Assembly: GCF_009914755.1 (NCBI RefSeq)
Contig: NC_060936.1
DNA length: 64,000 nucleotides
Source: the human T2T-CHM13v2.0 reference genome, Homo sapiens
Direction: 5' to 3' (one strand)
Shown in pieces: positions 12,690 to 25,750 of this stretch. A program made the position numbers and the translations under genes. Numbering within the stretch: the first letter of the stretch is position 1; every line of letters begins with the position of its first letter. The notes under the pieces were generated by a model. The model searched no databases and was not told where the DNA came from. It saw only the letters and a list, made by a program, of their open reading frames with translations.

Positions 12690-13620
12690 TAAGAACTAAA
12701 AACAAAATCCTAAGCACACCCCCAGCAGCTGACTGAAGAGACCCCTCTTGGCCAAGGGGACCCCAGAGAATCCTTAAAAACTGAGTTCCAGCCCGTGACA
12801 GGACGGGAGGTTGGACACGCCTCATTATATCCCCTCCTTTTGTAGTTCAGACAAAACTGACCAGCATTAAAGTTAAAATAGAGATTATAAGACTGACAGA
12901 ATGGACTCTTTGTGACAATAAAATACCAAATTATAAACAGGACCTAAGGCCACACCAGGCCTTAAGCTGAGCTACGCATCCCTCCACGTAAAGAATAAAC
13001 TATGTTCTAACTACCACAAGGTTTTTCTTTTTCTTTAGCACCTAAGCAAGCATTGACCTCAAGAAAAGCAGTATTAAAATAAGTGCAGCTCATCCACTGC
13101 TGGCTGCTGACTCACTGACTCCCCTGTTCCACAAGCCATTACTGCAGCTTTGATTGGACAAGAAACTAATTTCAATAACCTTGTCCAGATAAGAAGACCC
13201 CTAACCTTAGATGGGTTCTGGCTGGTTTACAGAGGCTGCGTACTTGAATGCCTTTGTGTCCTTGCCTCACCTTTTGACATATAGGGCCTAATTGTAATGC
13301 ATTTAAATGTTAAATGTCCACCTCAAAGTGAACATGGGATGCATGTAATATGTGTGCTTGTTCAGTACACATGTCTCGGGTACTGAACCCTTCATGAATA
13401 TTCATAGCTCTTCTTATAAACTTGGAATATGTATACTTAGCCAACCCCTTCACCATAAATTTCTGTCTCACCTTTCCTCCTTCAAAGTGTCTGCCAATGG
13501 TCTCTGCCAGAGGCTACACTTCCCAGCCTGTCAGCGTGGCCTCCCTGCAGGCTGTAATCCTTTATAAGGAATAAAGTCTCCTTTCTAAATTTAAAAATTT
13601 GTGATTTTTTTCAGTTGAAA
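12690..13620 (+). mobile_element. Solo ERV1 LTR, MER4 group (MER49-like), inserted in a MIR
   Basis: About 930 bp; starts aaaatcctaagc...cccctcttggccaaggggaccccagag; AATAAA near 13570; 4-bp TSD aata (12686-12689, 13621-13624); MIR-like sequence on both flanks. Confidence 0.85.
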
Positions 13621-13885
13621 AATATGGCAAAATATGTTTTTCCACATTTCAATTTTATCATCTATAAAGGGAATAAGTCACTGATTATTATATAAAGTAA
13701 GTTCAATGCATGGCTTATAAACTTACTCAATAATTATAAGCTATTCTTATTAATAAGCTCAATTACTTCAGATTTAGTGATTGAATGTAAGTGACAAGAA
13801 GTAGCTAGGAATCAAAGATTACATTGGTGTCTAATCTCAGTAAGATGTAGACAATAGTGTTTTCATGGATATCAACTCATACCAA

Positions 13886-14310
13886 GTTATTAGTTTTCTC
13901 TTCTACATAACAAATTTAGCCACTTAAACCAATACATAAACATTTGTTATCTCATAGTTTCTATGGGCCAAGAGTTTGGGCATGGTTTAGCAAGGTCCTC
14001 TCCTGAGGGTAACACAAGGCTGTAATGAAGGTATCAATCAGGCTGTGTTTTCTCAGGAGGCTCAACAGGCTCAAAGAATCTACTATGCTCAGCCAGGCTA
14101 TTGACAGAATTCATTTTCTTGAGGCTATATAACTGAGGACTCACATTTTGTTGCAGTCCTGTCTGGAGTTCTTTGCTGTGTGGGTTTCTCCAATGTAACT
14201 GCTTAATTCTTCAAGCCAGCAAGGAGTCTCTCTTGCTCCAGTCTGCTAAGTTGGAGTGTTATATAACATAATGTAATCATGGGAGTAACATCCCATCACC
14301 TTTGTCACTT
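13886..14310 (-). mobile_element. MLT1E/F-like MaLR LTR, truncated
   Basis: ttatctcatagtttctatgggccaagagtttgggcatggtttagc ... cagaattcattttcttgaggct ... atcatgggagtaacatcccatcacctttg. Confidence 0.75.
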
Positions 14311-14315
14311 TGGCA

Positions 14316-14348
14316 TTTTCTTTTTTCTTTTCTTTTCTTTTCTTTCCT

Positions 14349-14390
<42 letters not shown>

Positions 14391-14660
14391 TCTTTCTTTC
14401 TTTCTCTTTCTTTCTTTCCTCCTCTCTTTCTTTCTTTCTGTCTTTCTTTCTTCCTCTTTCTTTCTTTCTCCTTCTTTCTTTCCTTCTCTCTTTCTTTCTT
14501 TTTCTTTCTTTTTCTTCTTTCTTTGCTTCTCCCTCCCTTCCTTCCTTTCTTTCTTTCTTTCTCTCTCTCTTTCTTTCTCTTTCTTTCTTTCCTTCTTCTT
14601 TCTTTCTTTCCTTCTTCTTTCTTTCTTTCTTTGCTTCTCCCTTCCTTCCTTCCTTCCTTC

Positions 14661-14694
<34 letters not shown>

Positions 14695-14730
14695 CTCTTT
14701 CTCTCTTTCTCTTTTCTTTCTTTTTTTTTT
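14316..14730. repeat. Complex (CTTT)n/(CCTT)n/(CT)n polypyrimidine tract, about 415 bp
   Basis: Almost pure C/T on the + strand; G only at about 14440, 14525 and 14633. Confidence 0.97.
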
Positions 14731-14903
14731 GAGCATTGACATGACACTCCAAGGAAATGTTTATTGGAGGATTTTAGATTTCAGATCTTTGGATAAGGAA
14801 TGCTGAATCAGTAAGTATAATGCAAATATCCCAAAATCCAAAATTATTTGAAATCTGAAACACTTCTGGTCTCATGAATTTTAAATAAGGGATACTGAAC
14901 CCA
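14725..14903 (+). mobile_element. Tigger4a/MER46A (Zombi) MITE lacking its left end
   Basis: Collinear with the complete copy at 17677-17914 from ttttgagc onward; right end taagggatactgaacc. Confidence 0.85.
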
Positions 14904-15089
14904 TGTAAACAATCACTGAAACTTCAGGGGCAGATACGATTTCTGGGGAAGAGAGGACACAGGAAGAAAGATACAAGAATAATGGTTGAACCTCAGCCAA
15001 GATCTCTGAAATGTGGGAAGAAGAGATGTGAGGCAAACTGCAGAGTGAAACATCACTTAGAAAATCATCATAAAAAAATTAATAAAGAG

Positions 15090-15380
15090 TGGCATTTAAT
15101 GAGCCATGTGCATTTAATGAGCTACTCTTTATTAAATATTTTATTAATGTTAAAAAAAAAAGCCTTCGTTGGAGACCCCAGCTTGCTTCTCAACCTCATG
15201 TGCCAGGATTATTTAAAGCACTTTACAGGTATTGGCTCACCTCATCCTCACAAAACCCTGTTAAGTAGGTACTAATATTATTTCCATTTTATAGAAGTAG
15301 AAGCTGAGGCAGAAGGTTTTTAAGTAGTTTATGCAAGGTTATGCAGCCAGGCTGATGATAGAATATGGCATTTGGCTGCT
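15090..15380 (-). mobile_element. MIR SINE carrying an insertion of about 90 bp
   Basis: atgtgccagg...aagcactttaca...catcctcacaaaaccctg...ccattttatagaagtagaagctgaggc. Confidence 0.75.
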
Positions 15381-15666
15381 AGAGAAGACAGCTGGTAGAA
15401 GCAACTTCAGAAAGCCTGGACCTCATCCATGGTAATGACTGGCCTTGTCAGGATGGAAAAGTCACTGGATCCATTGATTAAGCGAGCACCTTTAAGAGCT
15501 GTGTCAACACAGTGATGGGTGTAGCATCCAAAGGCAGGACAAGAGAGTAGAGATTTCAACTTCTGTGGCTTAACAACTACACTCAGAAAAAGGGAAACAA
15601 AGATAAGCCTTCCTTGGAGATCCCAGCTTACTTTTCAACCTCATTTTATTCGTGATGCTTATATGA

Positions 15667-16075
15667 TGTTTTAGTCCTTTTGTGTTGCCATAAAGGAATA
15701 CATGAGGCTGGACAATTTATAAAGAAAAAAGGTTTATCTGGCTGAAGATTCCACAGGCTGTACAAGAAGCATGATGTCAGTATCTGCTTCTGGTGAGGGC
15801 CTCAGGCATCTCCCACTCATGGTAGAAAGCAGGGAAGAGCAGCTTCACATGGCGAGAGAGGAAAAGAGAGGGGGAGGGGGTGCTAGGCTCTTTAACAATC
15901 AATCATTGTGGAAGCTAATAGAGCAAGAACTCATTCATACTGTGAGGATGGCAACAAGCCATTCATGAGAGATCTGCCCCCATGACTCAGATACCTCCCA
16001 CTAGGCCCCACTTCCAACATCGAGGATCAAATATCAACATGAGATTTGTAGAGGACAAATATACAAACTATATTA
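15667..16075 (-). mobile_element. MSTB-like MaLR solo LTR
   Basis: tgttttagtcc...aatttataaagaaaaaaggtttat...ccccatgactcagatacctcccactaggccccac...caacatgagatttg. Confidence 0.9.
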
Positions 16076-16199
16076 TACTACATAATTAATGGTGATGATT
16101 TCCTTATTTCCATGCCTGTATTGATTATAATATTTAATATTTTATTACATATTATGATATATCTCCAATTATTTTGTTATTTATACATTAGACAGAGTA

Positions 16200-16420
16200 A
16201 CTGTGTAACAAACTGGTTAAGAAGTTAGACTGACATTTCAAATTGTGGCTTTGAGCTTCGCTGTTTAGCTGCATGTTGATTAGCTAATTAAGCATTTTGC
16301 TGTTGTTCAGTTTCCTCATCTAACTGTGTAGATATAATATTTAAACACATGGTGTAGTTGTGAACATTAATTTAGTTAGTATATTTAAAATGCTTTAGAG
16401 AGACCCATAAATGCTAGCTT
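16200..16420 (+). mobile_element. MIR SINE
   Basis: MIR core tcagtttcctcatct at about 16308. Confidence 0.7.
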
Positions 16421-16730
16421 AGTGTCACCACTTCTTCCTAATTCCCTTATGAGCAACCCATGAAAAGAACCCACGTCTTCTATTATTTGGTAATAGTCTC
16501 TCTACTTTGATTAACTAGCACAATGGAAGGCATATGGTAGCTGCTGGAAAAGTGGATAAAGAAAAAGTCATATTGCCAGGAGGAATGTATGAGAATCACA
16601 GGTGATGTTAGAAGTGAAAAATCGAAATGAAAAGTTAAAAGAAAAAATAAGATTTGTTTTCAGAGTGAAAACAAAGATTAGATATGAAAACATCCTATAA
16701 ATGTGCATTTGAATAAGACTGAGAAACTGG

Positions 16731-17522
16731 AGGATGTGAAGAAAAGGGAACCCTCGTACACTGTTGGTGGGAATGCAAATTAGTACAACCACTATAGAGA
16801 ACTGTTTGGAGTTTCCTCAAAAAAACTGAAGATAGAGCTACCATACAATCCAGCAATCCCATTACTGGGTATATGCCAAAAAGAAAGGAAATCAGTGTAC
16901 TGAAGAGATATCTGCACTCCCATGTTTATTGCAGCACTATTCATAATAGCCAAGATTTGGAAGCAACCTAAGTGTCCATCAACAGATGAATGGATAAAGA
17001 AATTGCAGTACATAGACACAATGGATTACTATTCAGCCATAAAAAAAGAAAAAAGAATGAAGGACATTATATTGAGTGAAATAAGCCTCACATGGAAAGA
17101 CAAACATCACTTGTTCTCACTTATTTATGGGATCTAAAAATTAAAACAATTGAATTCATGGACATAGAGAGTAGAAGGGTAGTTATCAGTGGCTGGGAAG
17201 AGTAGTAGTGTGGTTGGGTGGGAAATGGGGATGGTTAATGGGTGCAAAAGTATAGTTAGAATAGATAAAATCTAATAATTGATAGCACAACAGGGTGACT
17301 ACAGTCAACAATAATTCATTGTACATTTTGGAATAACTAAAAGAGCATAATTGGATTGTTTGTAACATAAGAAAAGCATAAATGCTTGAGATGATGGATA
17401 CTCCATTTACCCTGATGTGTTTATTTCACATTGCATGCCTGTATCAAAACATCTCACGTGCCCCATAAATATATACTCCTACTATGTGGCCACAGAAATT
17501 AAAAATTTTACATTAAAAAAAA
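16731..17522 (+). mobile_element. 5'-truncated L1 (L1MA-like): ORF2 C-terminus, 3' UTR and poly(A)
   Basis: ORF 16922 [27 protein letters not shown] is the L1 ORF2p C-terminus; TSD aagactgagaaactgg (16715-16730) / aagactgaaaaactgg (17523-17538), 15 of 16 identical. Confidence 0.95.
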
Positions 17523-17676
17523 AAGACTGAAAAACTGGGACATATGAGCACAAAGCAGCATTTCCAGCTCTGACCTGACATTGTTTGTACAAAGCCATCC
17601 CAAGGGCATCAATAGGATGAATGTATGAAAAAGCTTTTTGTAAATTTCAAAGCCAGAAACACACATAATACAAGTA

Positions 17677-17914
17677 CGGATTGAACATTCCTAATCCAAA
17701 ACTCTGAAATCTGAAATGCTCCAGAATTAGAAACTTTTTGAGTGCTGAGATGAAGCTGAAAAGAAATGCTCATTGGAGCATTTCAGGTTTTGGAGTTTCA
17801 GATTAGTAATGATCAAATGGGAAGTATAGTGTAAATACTCCACCATTTGAAAAACAAACCTGAAATCCAAAACAATTCTGGTCCCAAGAATTTTGGATAA
17901 GGGACACTCAACTG
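17677..17914 (+). mobile_element. Tigger4a/MER46A MITE, complete
   Basis: TIRs cggattgaacattcctaatcc / ggataagggacactcaactg; TA on both sides. Confidence 0.9.
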
Positions 17915-19596
17915 TATTGGATTAATGAGATGACCTGTGAGTCTGAAAGTGAGTTACAATCAAGGCTTAGTTACTTTCCTAACTAAGTATCTGGATTATC
18001 TAAGCCTAGATCAGAAGATTTTCACCCACAAACCTGCTTGAGGGTTCCTTGTCTTGTGTTCTGGAGTGGCTACACAGGTAGGACCTCCCTTCTATTTTCT
18101 AGCTCCTGGCTTGTGCTTGGTGGAAGTAAACAAAACCATTTCAAGACAACATATTATGGTAGAACCCGGTCTGAGGAACTCTAGCTGGGATGGGTGGGTA
18201 TCCTAGCACTACCTGGCCAGCTCAGGAGTCAGGTCTGGCTTGGGATGAGCCTTCTAAAGCCTGAGTTTAGAGTAGGTTCTTAGTTCAGAGTCACTGAACT
18301 AAGATGGAACTGGGGTCTTAAAATGCAAGCGCATCTCCAACTCCTTCACAGGATTAGGACTGGACCAGGAATTTATTCTTAAGTATTAGAGAGTCGGTTT
18401 CCTCTTCTCTAAATTTCATAGCTCCTGTTTGGAAACTGCTCAACTCCTGCTCTAATGAGAAAGTTTCCCCCTCCCCACCCAGCCTTTTATTATATTTAAT
18501 TGCATAATTACATAATTACACAGGAATAGATTATGGTTGGGACTGTTAAAGGATGCTTGAGGCAGATGTCCCAAGGAACAGATCTTGTCCTGCTGTGGGT
18601 AGTATCCTGGCTGAATGGTCTGAGCTGAGGATTAACATGAGAAAGTCTGGAGTGCGTACTCCCTGAACTTGGGGCTAGTCACCTCCAGTAAGGGCACTGT
18701 CTCAGGTTCCCAACATTGACTATGGGGTGAATACCACTGGGAAGGAAATTTGTCTAGAAATGCCAATTGCTGCTTTTTTGTTATTCTTTTTACTTTAGTA
18801 TTCTTTTTCACTGTATTTTGCTTAGCTTTTTTAAAAAGAGAAATTATTTTTATATTTAAAAATTGTTCTTTGGATAAAAGCTACTTGAGAAGGTTAATGT
18901 TTGTCTCCTTTCTCTTTCTCTACTCCTTCCTCATCGTTGTTCTGCCTTTCCTAACCACTAAATTTCCACCAACACATACCTTTATCCTCTATAAAGAAAA
19001 CATTTTCAGGAAGAATATTTTCACCTCTAGAGGGATGAAAATTTTTCTGTAACTCTGAGCTGAGGCAAGTGCTAGTACATAGTATCAGGCTGTAATAGCA
19101 CATAGTTCTTTGGTGAGGCATGCATATAAATTTATATTCAACATAAATATATGTAATATATTCAAATACAAGTATAATATCAGGTTATGATAGTATATAT
19201 TCTTTGGGGAAGTGTGCACATAATTTTAGATGCAATAATATATTCATTGAAATTAAAGAAAAGCTTTACAACTGAATTCTTCCATATAGATATTTTGGAA
19301 TTTCAAAAAGTATATAAATCACTTGCCTATTATTTTTGCTTATGTTTGCAGGCACACTGAATGGCCAGTGAGATTTTACTAATTAAGCTGCTCCTCACAG
19401 GCTTATAGAAGTAACCAAATTTCAATTGAAGCATGCCACTTCTTGGGTTAATACATCAACAAGGATATTATTTCATTTTCTTGAATACTGAGAGTGAATT
19501 CTGCTTGGCTAAGAAGTCATAAATCAATAACAGTATAATCCATGCTAAAATATATGGTCCCTGCTATCACTAATTTACAGACTAAGTGATAACACA

Positions 19597-19784
19597 TGTT
19601 GTGGTTCATTTTATGTGTCAACTTGACTGGGCCACAGATTACCCAGATATTTGATCAAATATCATTCTGGGTGTTTCTGTGTGGGTGTTTTGGATGAGAT
19701 TAACATTTAAATCAGTTGACTGAGTAAGGTAGTAAACCATGATATGGATGGGTCTCATCCAATCAGGCCTGAATAGAACAAAAG

Positions 19785-19836
<52 letters not shown>

Positions 19837-20128
19837 ACATGCATACACACATGTAGAAGAGAATTATCCTACCTGCCAGTCTTCAGAATTGAATTGGGAC
19901 ATTGTCTCTTCTTGGTTCTGCGGTGGCCTACCAGTCTTTGAACTCAAACTGGAACGTGAGCTCTTAATTGGTTCTATCTATAACAGCTTCCAGCCTTCAG
20001 ACTTGAACTAGGACATCAGCTCTTCAGATTTTGCACTGCCAGCCTCCATATTGTCTCATTTGCCATGAGCTGATTCCTTATAATAAATCTTTTTGTGTAT
20101 ATATATGTATATGCAATCTTTATCAATC

Positions 20129-20185
<57 letters not shown>

Positions 20186-20230
20186 CTCCATTGGTTGGTT
20201 CTGTTTCTCTGGAGAACCCTGACTAATACA
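19597..20230 (+). mobile_element. MLT2 (ERV-L) solo LTR, MLT2C/D-like, containing (CA)n and (TA)n
   Basis: ttttatgtgtcaacttgactgggccac start; ttggttctgtttctctggagaaccctgactaataca end; (CA)n about 19786-19851, (TA)n about 20132-20185. Confidence 0.9.
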
Positions 20231-20329
20231 GATCACCATAGTTGACCTTTTTGCTATTTCTTGGAGTACTATGTCTAGTGTGTGTATACATGGTGGTGGT
20301 TGGGAATTTAGACAGAGCTCATATTACAT

Positions 20330-20596
20330 ATACATATTTGTCTTCCTGGGATTTTTCCTTTTTGCTTAACATTATATCATTTTTTTCTGTATCATATAGT
20401 TATTGGAAAACAATTTTGGAATTCTATATAACATTTCATAATATGGATATGCCATTTCCCTATTATTAAACTTCAGTTTATCTTACTTTTTTGCTAACAC
20501 GCATAAAGTTGCAATAAACAATTTTGAATGTAAAATTTGCCTTCATTTCTGATTGTTTCCTTGTGGTAGATTCCTATAAAGGGAATTGCTAGGTCT
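20330..20596 (-). mobile_element. Degenerate L1ME-like fragment
   Basis: atttctgattgtttccttgtggtagattcctataaagggaattgctaggtc. Confidence 0.55.
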
Positions 20597-20699
20597 TGTT
20601 CATGCTCTGGCCAGCAGAGCCTGAGAGTATCTTGGTCCCATGAGCTCTGGTACCTGAACAACACTTTTGATAGTGAGGATGATTAATTAAGGTACAGGG

Positions 20700-20828
20700 C
20701 AGTGGCTTAAACAAGTATACTTGCCTGTCCCTCACCACCATCAGAACCTCCTAGGACTGGGGCCCAAGTGGTTATATTTATAAAACTTTCAAAGGGGTTT
20801 TAATGGTCAGCCTTGCCTGAGAACTCCT
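20700..20828. mobile_element. MER5-like hAT-Charlie fragment
   Basis: catcagaacctcctaggactggggcccaag ... gcctgagaactc. Confidence 0.55.
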
Positions 20829-22763
20829 TGAAAGCCTCCTACATACTTTTGACGTCTAGGCAATATGCATACTTGACTTAAACTTTTCTCCCAAGTGCAG
20901 CCAGCTAGAAAACCCATGCATTCCTCAGTGACCCAGCTCCAGAATGAGTTTTGTCTGTTTTCTTGTGCTTGCTTTTGTGTCACTCTTGAATGCCAATATG
21001 TTCATTATTCTCAACTCTCACTTTTGTATAATCATGCTGTTGGCGCTATTTTGATCCTCTTCCATCTGGCCCTATTGATATTCAATGAGAGAAAAGTGAA
21101 CAACATCCAGCTATCTAGGCTCCTATGGGGTCTACCCTTCATCTCCCCTCCCTCTGCCTGCTCAGAGGTTGACTCTGTTTGCCTTGAAGAAAGGCTGAGT
21201 CAATACTCCCTTCTTTCACAACTGGTTTTCCTTTCTTCTTCTTTCCTGTGCCATAATTTTCTCTTCTATAATCATCTAACCATATAAGACTACTCCAGTT
21301 CGTCTTCTTGATCACTGTCCTACTTAAGAACCTCTGGACATTCTTTGTCACTCTTCTTAAAACCACTGATGGATAGTATCATTCTACAGTGCCTGGATGG
21401 GGATTGTGTCTTTTGTTAATTAACAATAAAGTCATTGATGATAACAATAGTTATTCTTTTCTCTCTTTTAGGGGTATTTTGTATTTCAGTGAAATATTAC
21501 TGAGAGACAGATCTTAAACCTAAAGAAACAAATCTTCACAGATAGTATTTTGCAAATAATGTGGTTGTCTGGTAGGGACTTGGGGAGTTTTTTGCTAATG
21601 GTGACTCATTAAATGTCATCAAATAAATGAAAACATGTTTTGTTAACAAATGAGAGGGTCCTGAATTACAGACATGATAGTTTAAGTTTGTAACCATACT
21701 CTGGCATGTAAAATACCATGCATTCTGTGTGGAATGTAATTTAAAATTCAACCACCCATAACACCAATGCAAGAGAGTAATAATAAGGAAAACTGAGGAA
21801 GTGCATAGGAACTCTGTCTACTTTCTGCTCCATTTTTCGGTAAACCTAAAACTGTCCTAAATGTAGTCTATTAAATAGAAAAGTTCAACAACTCTATGAG
21901 GTAGGAACTTTCATAGAATTCGCCTGTAGGTGAAGAACCAGAGACTTGAGCAAAGCTGGGTGGAAATTGTTAAAGACCAAACTCATGATCATCACCGATG
22001 CTGCTTCTCTTCCTCCCTTATGGAAGCTGAATCCCAAACAGGCCTATTTATGCTTTTCCTTCACATTTATCTTCAAGGACCCTGGAAAAATTTGTCCCTG
22101 AGTTGAGAGCGGGGGAAAAATGTTCATTGAAGAGTCAGCACATGAGCCTACACAGGATTTGTGCAAATTGAGAACACCCAGATTGCCTTATGTTTATCCT
22201 TACCTCTGATAGTGAGAACACGACAATGCTGTAGTTTCTCACCACTCCAAGTTAGTTCCAAAACAACTGAAATCAAGTTACTTCACCTTTCATATGTAGA
22301 GATCTCCCTGTGCAAAGAATAAAGAAAACCATTCTTCTCAGAAGCCAAGGGTGTAATCCATGGGGATACGCCAGTATCTCTGCTGAAAGATCCACCATTC
22401 CTGTTTATGATGGCAGAGGAGGCACAGAAAGATTCTGAGAGCCTGCAATACTTTTAGCAGGCATCTGGCATTTAAGACAAGGCCATTTATCCAGAAAACT
22501 GCCTTCTCTTTCAGCTTCGTAACCATGGACACTAGCCAGAGTGATTTTGGCCCATACCCGTCCTTTCTGAATTCCTCTAAAGGGTGAGGGAAGGAAAGGA
22601 GAGATTTTTTTTTTCTTTTTGGTAAATTAAATTAAAATCAGTGAAAATATCTATTTCTGTAGGTTGAAAATCCTTGGATAGTTACAAAGCTCTGATTGTA
22701 TGAATAGAAAGCCAACTGTTTGATAAATGTAAAAACAAACAAAGCAACAACATACACAAAATC

Positions 22764-22788
<25 letters not shown>
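22764..22788. repeat. Poly(T) run of about 25 nt
   Basis: Directly visible; no adjacent SINE body. Confidence 0.9.
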
Positions 22789-22794
<6 letters not shown>

Positions 22795-24399
22795 TAAAAT
22801 GGGCTAAGTTGAGACCTCATAGTTCTGAAGCCAGGGCACACAGATTTTAGCTTACCTTCTCTGGTCTGGCACCTTCCTTCTATTGGCAATAAGTTTGGCT
22901 TGTACAGTGAGATTCTGAAGAGAGGTCTGAGTTTGATTAACTGTGCCTTTATGAATAACATCCTCAGAGAATTCCAAGCCGTGTTTAGATTCTTGACGGC
23001 AGCCGCCATGGAGCACTGCTGTGTGGCTAAGCTGTTCCTTGCAACAGAAGATTCTGACAGATTATAACTCTCCCAACCTATAGCAATCATCACCTTTTTT
23101 GCAGGGCGATAGTCCTAAAATTTTCATTTGACTCACCCCTCGGCTGATTTGTCAGTTTACTAAGAAGTATCAAATCCATTTTAAGATGCAGTTCTCTCCC
23201 TGCTGAGAAGTGGCTTATCAGACATGGACTTGAGATATTCTCAGAGGATAAAGAGGTGGCTAATTAGAAGGTTAAGACCCATAGAAGAGAAGGGAGAAAT
23301 TCCTTATGATTATTTTAAGCAGAGGCACGTCTTACTAGTTCAGTTGTGGAGCCTTCCCTCAGAGAGTTGCTGTCTGTGGACTATTCTGATCCGGAGAAAT
23401 AGCCTTGCTAACACTCCTGGGGCACACCCATGGCGAATCCAGCTACTGAACGGACGGACTCTCTCAGTTGGTCTGTCTGCCAGTTGGTAGATGCAATTGA
23501 GTGGAAAATCAAATGGCAGTTCATGTTTTTTCCTTCTCAACAGAGACCACCAAAGGGGGGGAAAAGTCATAAATCTTTCCTGTGTTAATTGAGAACACTG
23601 GATGCCATTATTAAAGCATTTCCCTCAGGGTCACACTACTCATTTGAATCCCAGTCCAAGTTTGTTGAAATCATAATGGTAGTAGGCATTATTATGTCAC
23701 AGGGTACCACATTACAGCATGATTGCTTTTCATTCCACATGGTTCACAAAGCAAAATAAAATTTGAATACTCAATAGTATGAGTTATAATTAGTATGTAA
23801 ATCTATATTTTCATGATAAGAAAATATTCCAGTTGCAATATACTGCATTGATCATTCAATTTTCTCTTCACTGTGCTATTAAAGTTGCAAAAAATTCATA
23901 CTATATTCTGATATGCTACCTCCATTCTGCAGAAGAGGCAAAAATCTCAGCACTATCATATGTCATATGTATGTGTGCCTTGGAGAATAAAAAGGCTATT
24001 TGCTGTGTTGACTTAAAATAAATAAGCCATTTCTCTAAGAGAATAATTTCTAGATGAACAGTCATCTTTATTGTAGTGGGAAAGTCCAGAATGACTAAGC
24101 AAAATTGCCAAGTCGGTGAGTTTATTTGCACCTCCTCCTCAATCTTTTTTCTTTTTAGGAACTTCTCCCCCTCCTACCCTAGCTGCCAAAGATAATCTGC
24201 TAATGCCTGTGCCAGGACAATATCTCCAATCAGATTTTCCAGATGATACCTCCTGCTCTGGATCTTTCTTATTATCTACTCTCTTCTCACCTTCTTCACC
24301 AAACTCTATCATAGATTCCTTCAGGAACAGTGACCAAAGATAAATAAACAGAATTTCATTCAGTGCTATATGTCTCAACAGTGACAATGGAGAAAAACC

Positions 24400-24620
24400 T
24401 TCAGACTTCTATATGAAACTTATTTTCAACTCACAATTTTATGTTTAGCCAAACTAGCCGTCAAATGGAAGGCCATAATGACAATCTTCTTCACAAAGGC
24501 AAGGCAAAGACTCCAAAGGTTTGTCCTCCATAGACCTTTTCTTAGAAAGTTACTAAGACATGTTTTCCAATAAAACAAGGAACGAAGTCAAGAAAAGCAG
24601 GACACGGTTTTCAGGAACTA
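24400..24620 (+). mobile_element. HAL1/L1-ORF1-related LINE fragment
   Basis: ttagccaaactagccgtcaaatggaagg ... cttttcttagaaagttactaagacatgttttcc ... caagaaaagcaggacacgg. Confidence 0.5.
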
Positions 24621-25206
24621 CTGGATTAAAAGCAGGAAAACAGTGGCATCTTTGTCCCAAATGCATTGATTTGAAGAAACCCTAGAAAATTGACATTGGA
24701 ATAGATGGAGCCCTCTAGATAAGCCTTGGAAAATTTTGAGGTTCTGTTAGAGGAAAAAGACCTACGATAAAAACAGATGGCTTTCAACTTAACTGTAGGA
24801 TCATTTTTTCTTTGAGTGGCGTAGGAATTATGATATTGGATTATGATGTATATAGGACATGTAACAAAGAAATGTAAATATAACACACACTGCTCTCAGA
24901 GTTTAATAATTTGTATGTGGGCACATAGTAAAGATCGCTAATTGGTTTTTAACTTCTAGAATCAAATTATAAACCAAGCACAGAAAATGATTATAATTCT
25001 AGAATGGAATATTAGTGTTTTCATCTTAGAAGAAGGGAGGAAACGTAGACGCAAGTATTGGAGTACTAGTGTCTTCATTTTGCAAAATGGGAAGTTGAGG
25101 TACTCTTTGTGTTTGATAGGAGCGCTCTAGTATGTTGCTTTAAGTTGCAAAGTGACTAGTGGAGTATCTGAGGGCAGTAGTGTTACTAAACTAGGATTAA
25201 GTAGTA

Positions 25207-25750
25207 CGTCAGTCAGAATTCTTAATTGTAAGCAACAGAGACCAACTCTGGCTCACTTAAGAAGAAAAAGTGAAGAACTTAGAGGACTGCAGAATCTTGG
25301 ACTTTGCAGCCCAGGAGCAATTTGAATAATCACCCAGCAAAATTGGTCTAATAACGGAATTCCTCTCGTCGCGGGGTGCAAGGCAGGAGAGATTGTATTA
25401 TAAACACAAGTGGCATGAAGACTGGGTGCTTCAATTAGCACTGCTGCTGCTGCTACCCAGAAACTCAATCTTACCACAAATGTGTTAATATCTGTTGATT
25501 CCAAGTCTGAGGTGGTATGTCTGATTTGTAGAGCCTAGCTCACATGCATGAACCCAGGTGCAAGGAAGCTTGAGAAAGTGAGTATCTGGTGTTTTCAGTT
25601 TCTCTAGCCAGAAGCTACCTCTACCTCTCACCTTATAAGATGGGAAAATTTCCCAAAATAGCAAAGGGTTCAAATGCTGGGTGGACAAAAAAGAAACAAA
25701 ACAAAACAAAGCAAAACAAAACAAAACAAAACAAAACAGATGTTCACTGA
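25207..25750 (-). mobile_element. Old MLT1-family MaLR LTR with an (AAAAC)n tract at about 25686-25738
   Basis: gtcagaattcttaattgtaagcaacagagaccaactctggct start; aaaacagatgttcact end. Confidence 0.65.

Noticed and set aside
14246-14806. Six overlapping ORFs of 140-175 aa (K/E/R-rich or F/L/S-rich)
   Set aside because: Translation artefacts of the stop-free CTTT tract.
22764-22788. Poly(T) as the tail of a processed pseudogene
   Set aside because: No TSD, and no recognisable mRNA body beside it.
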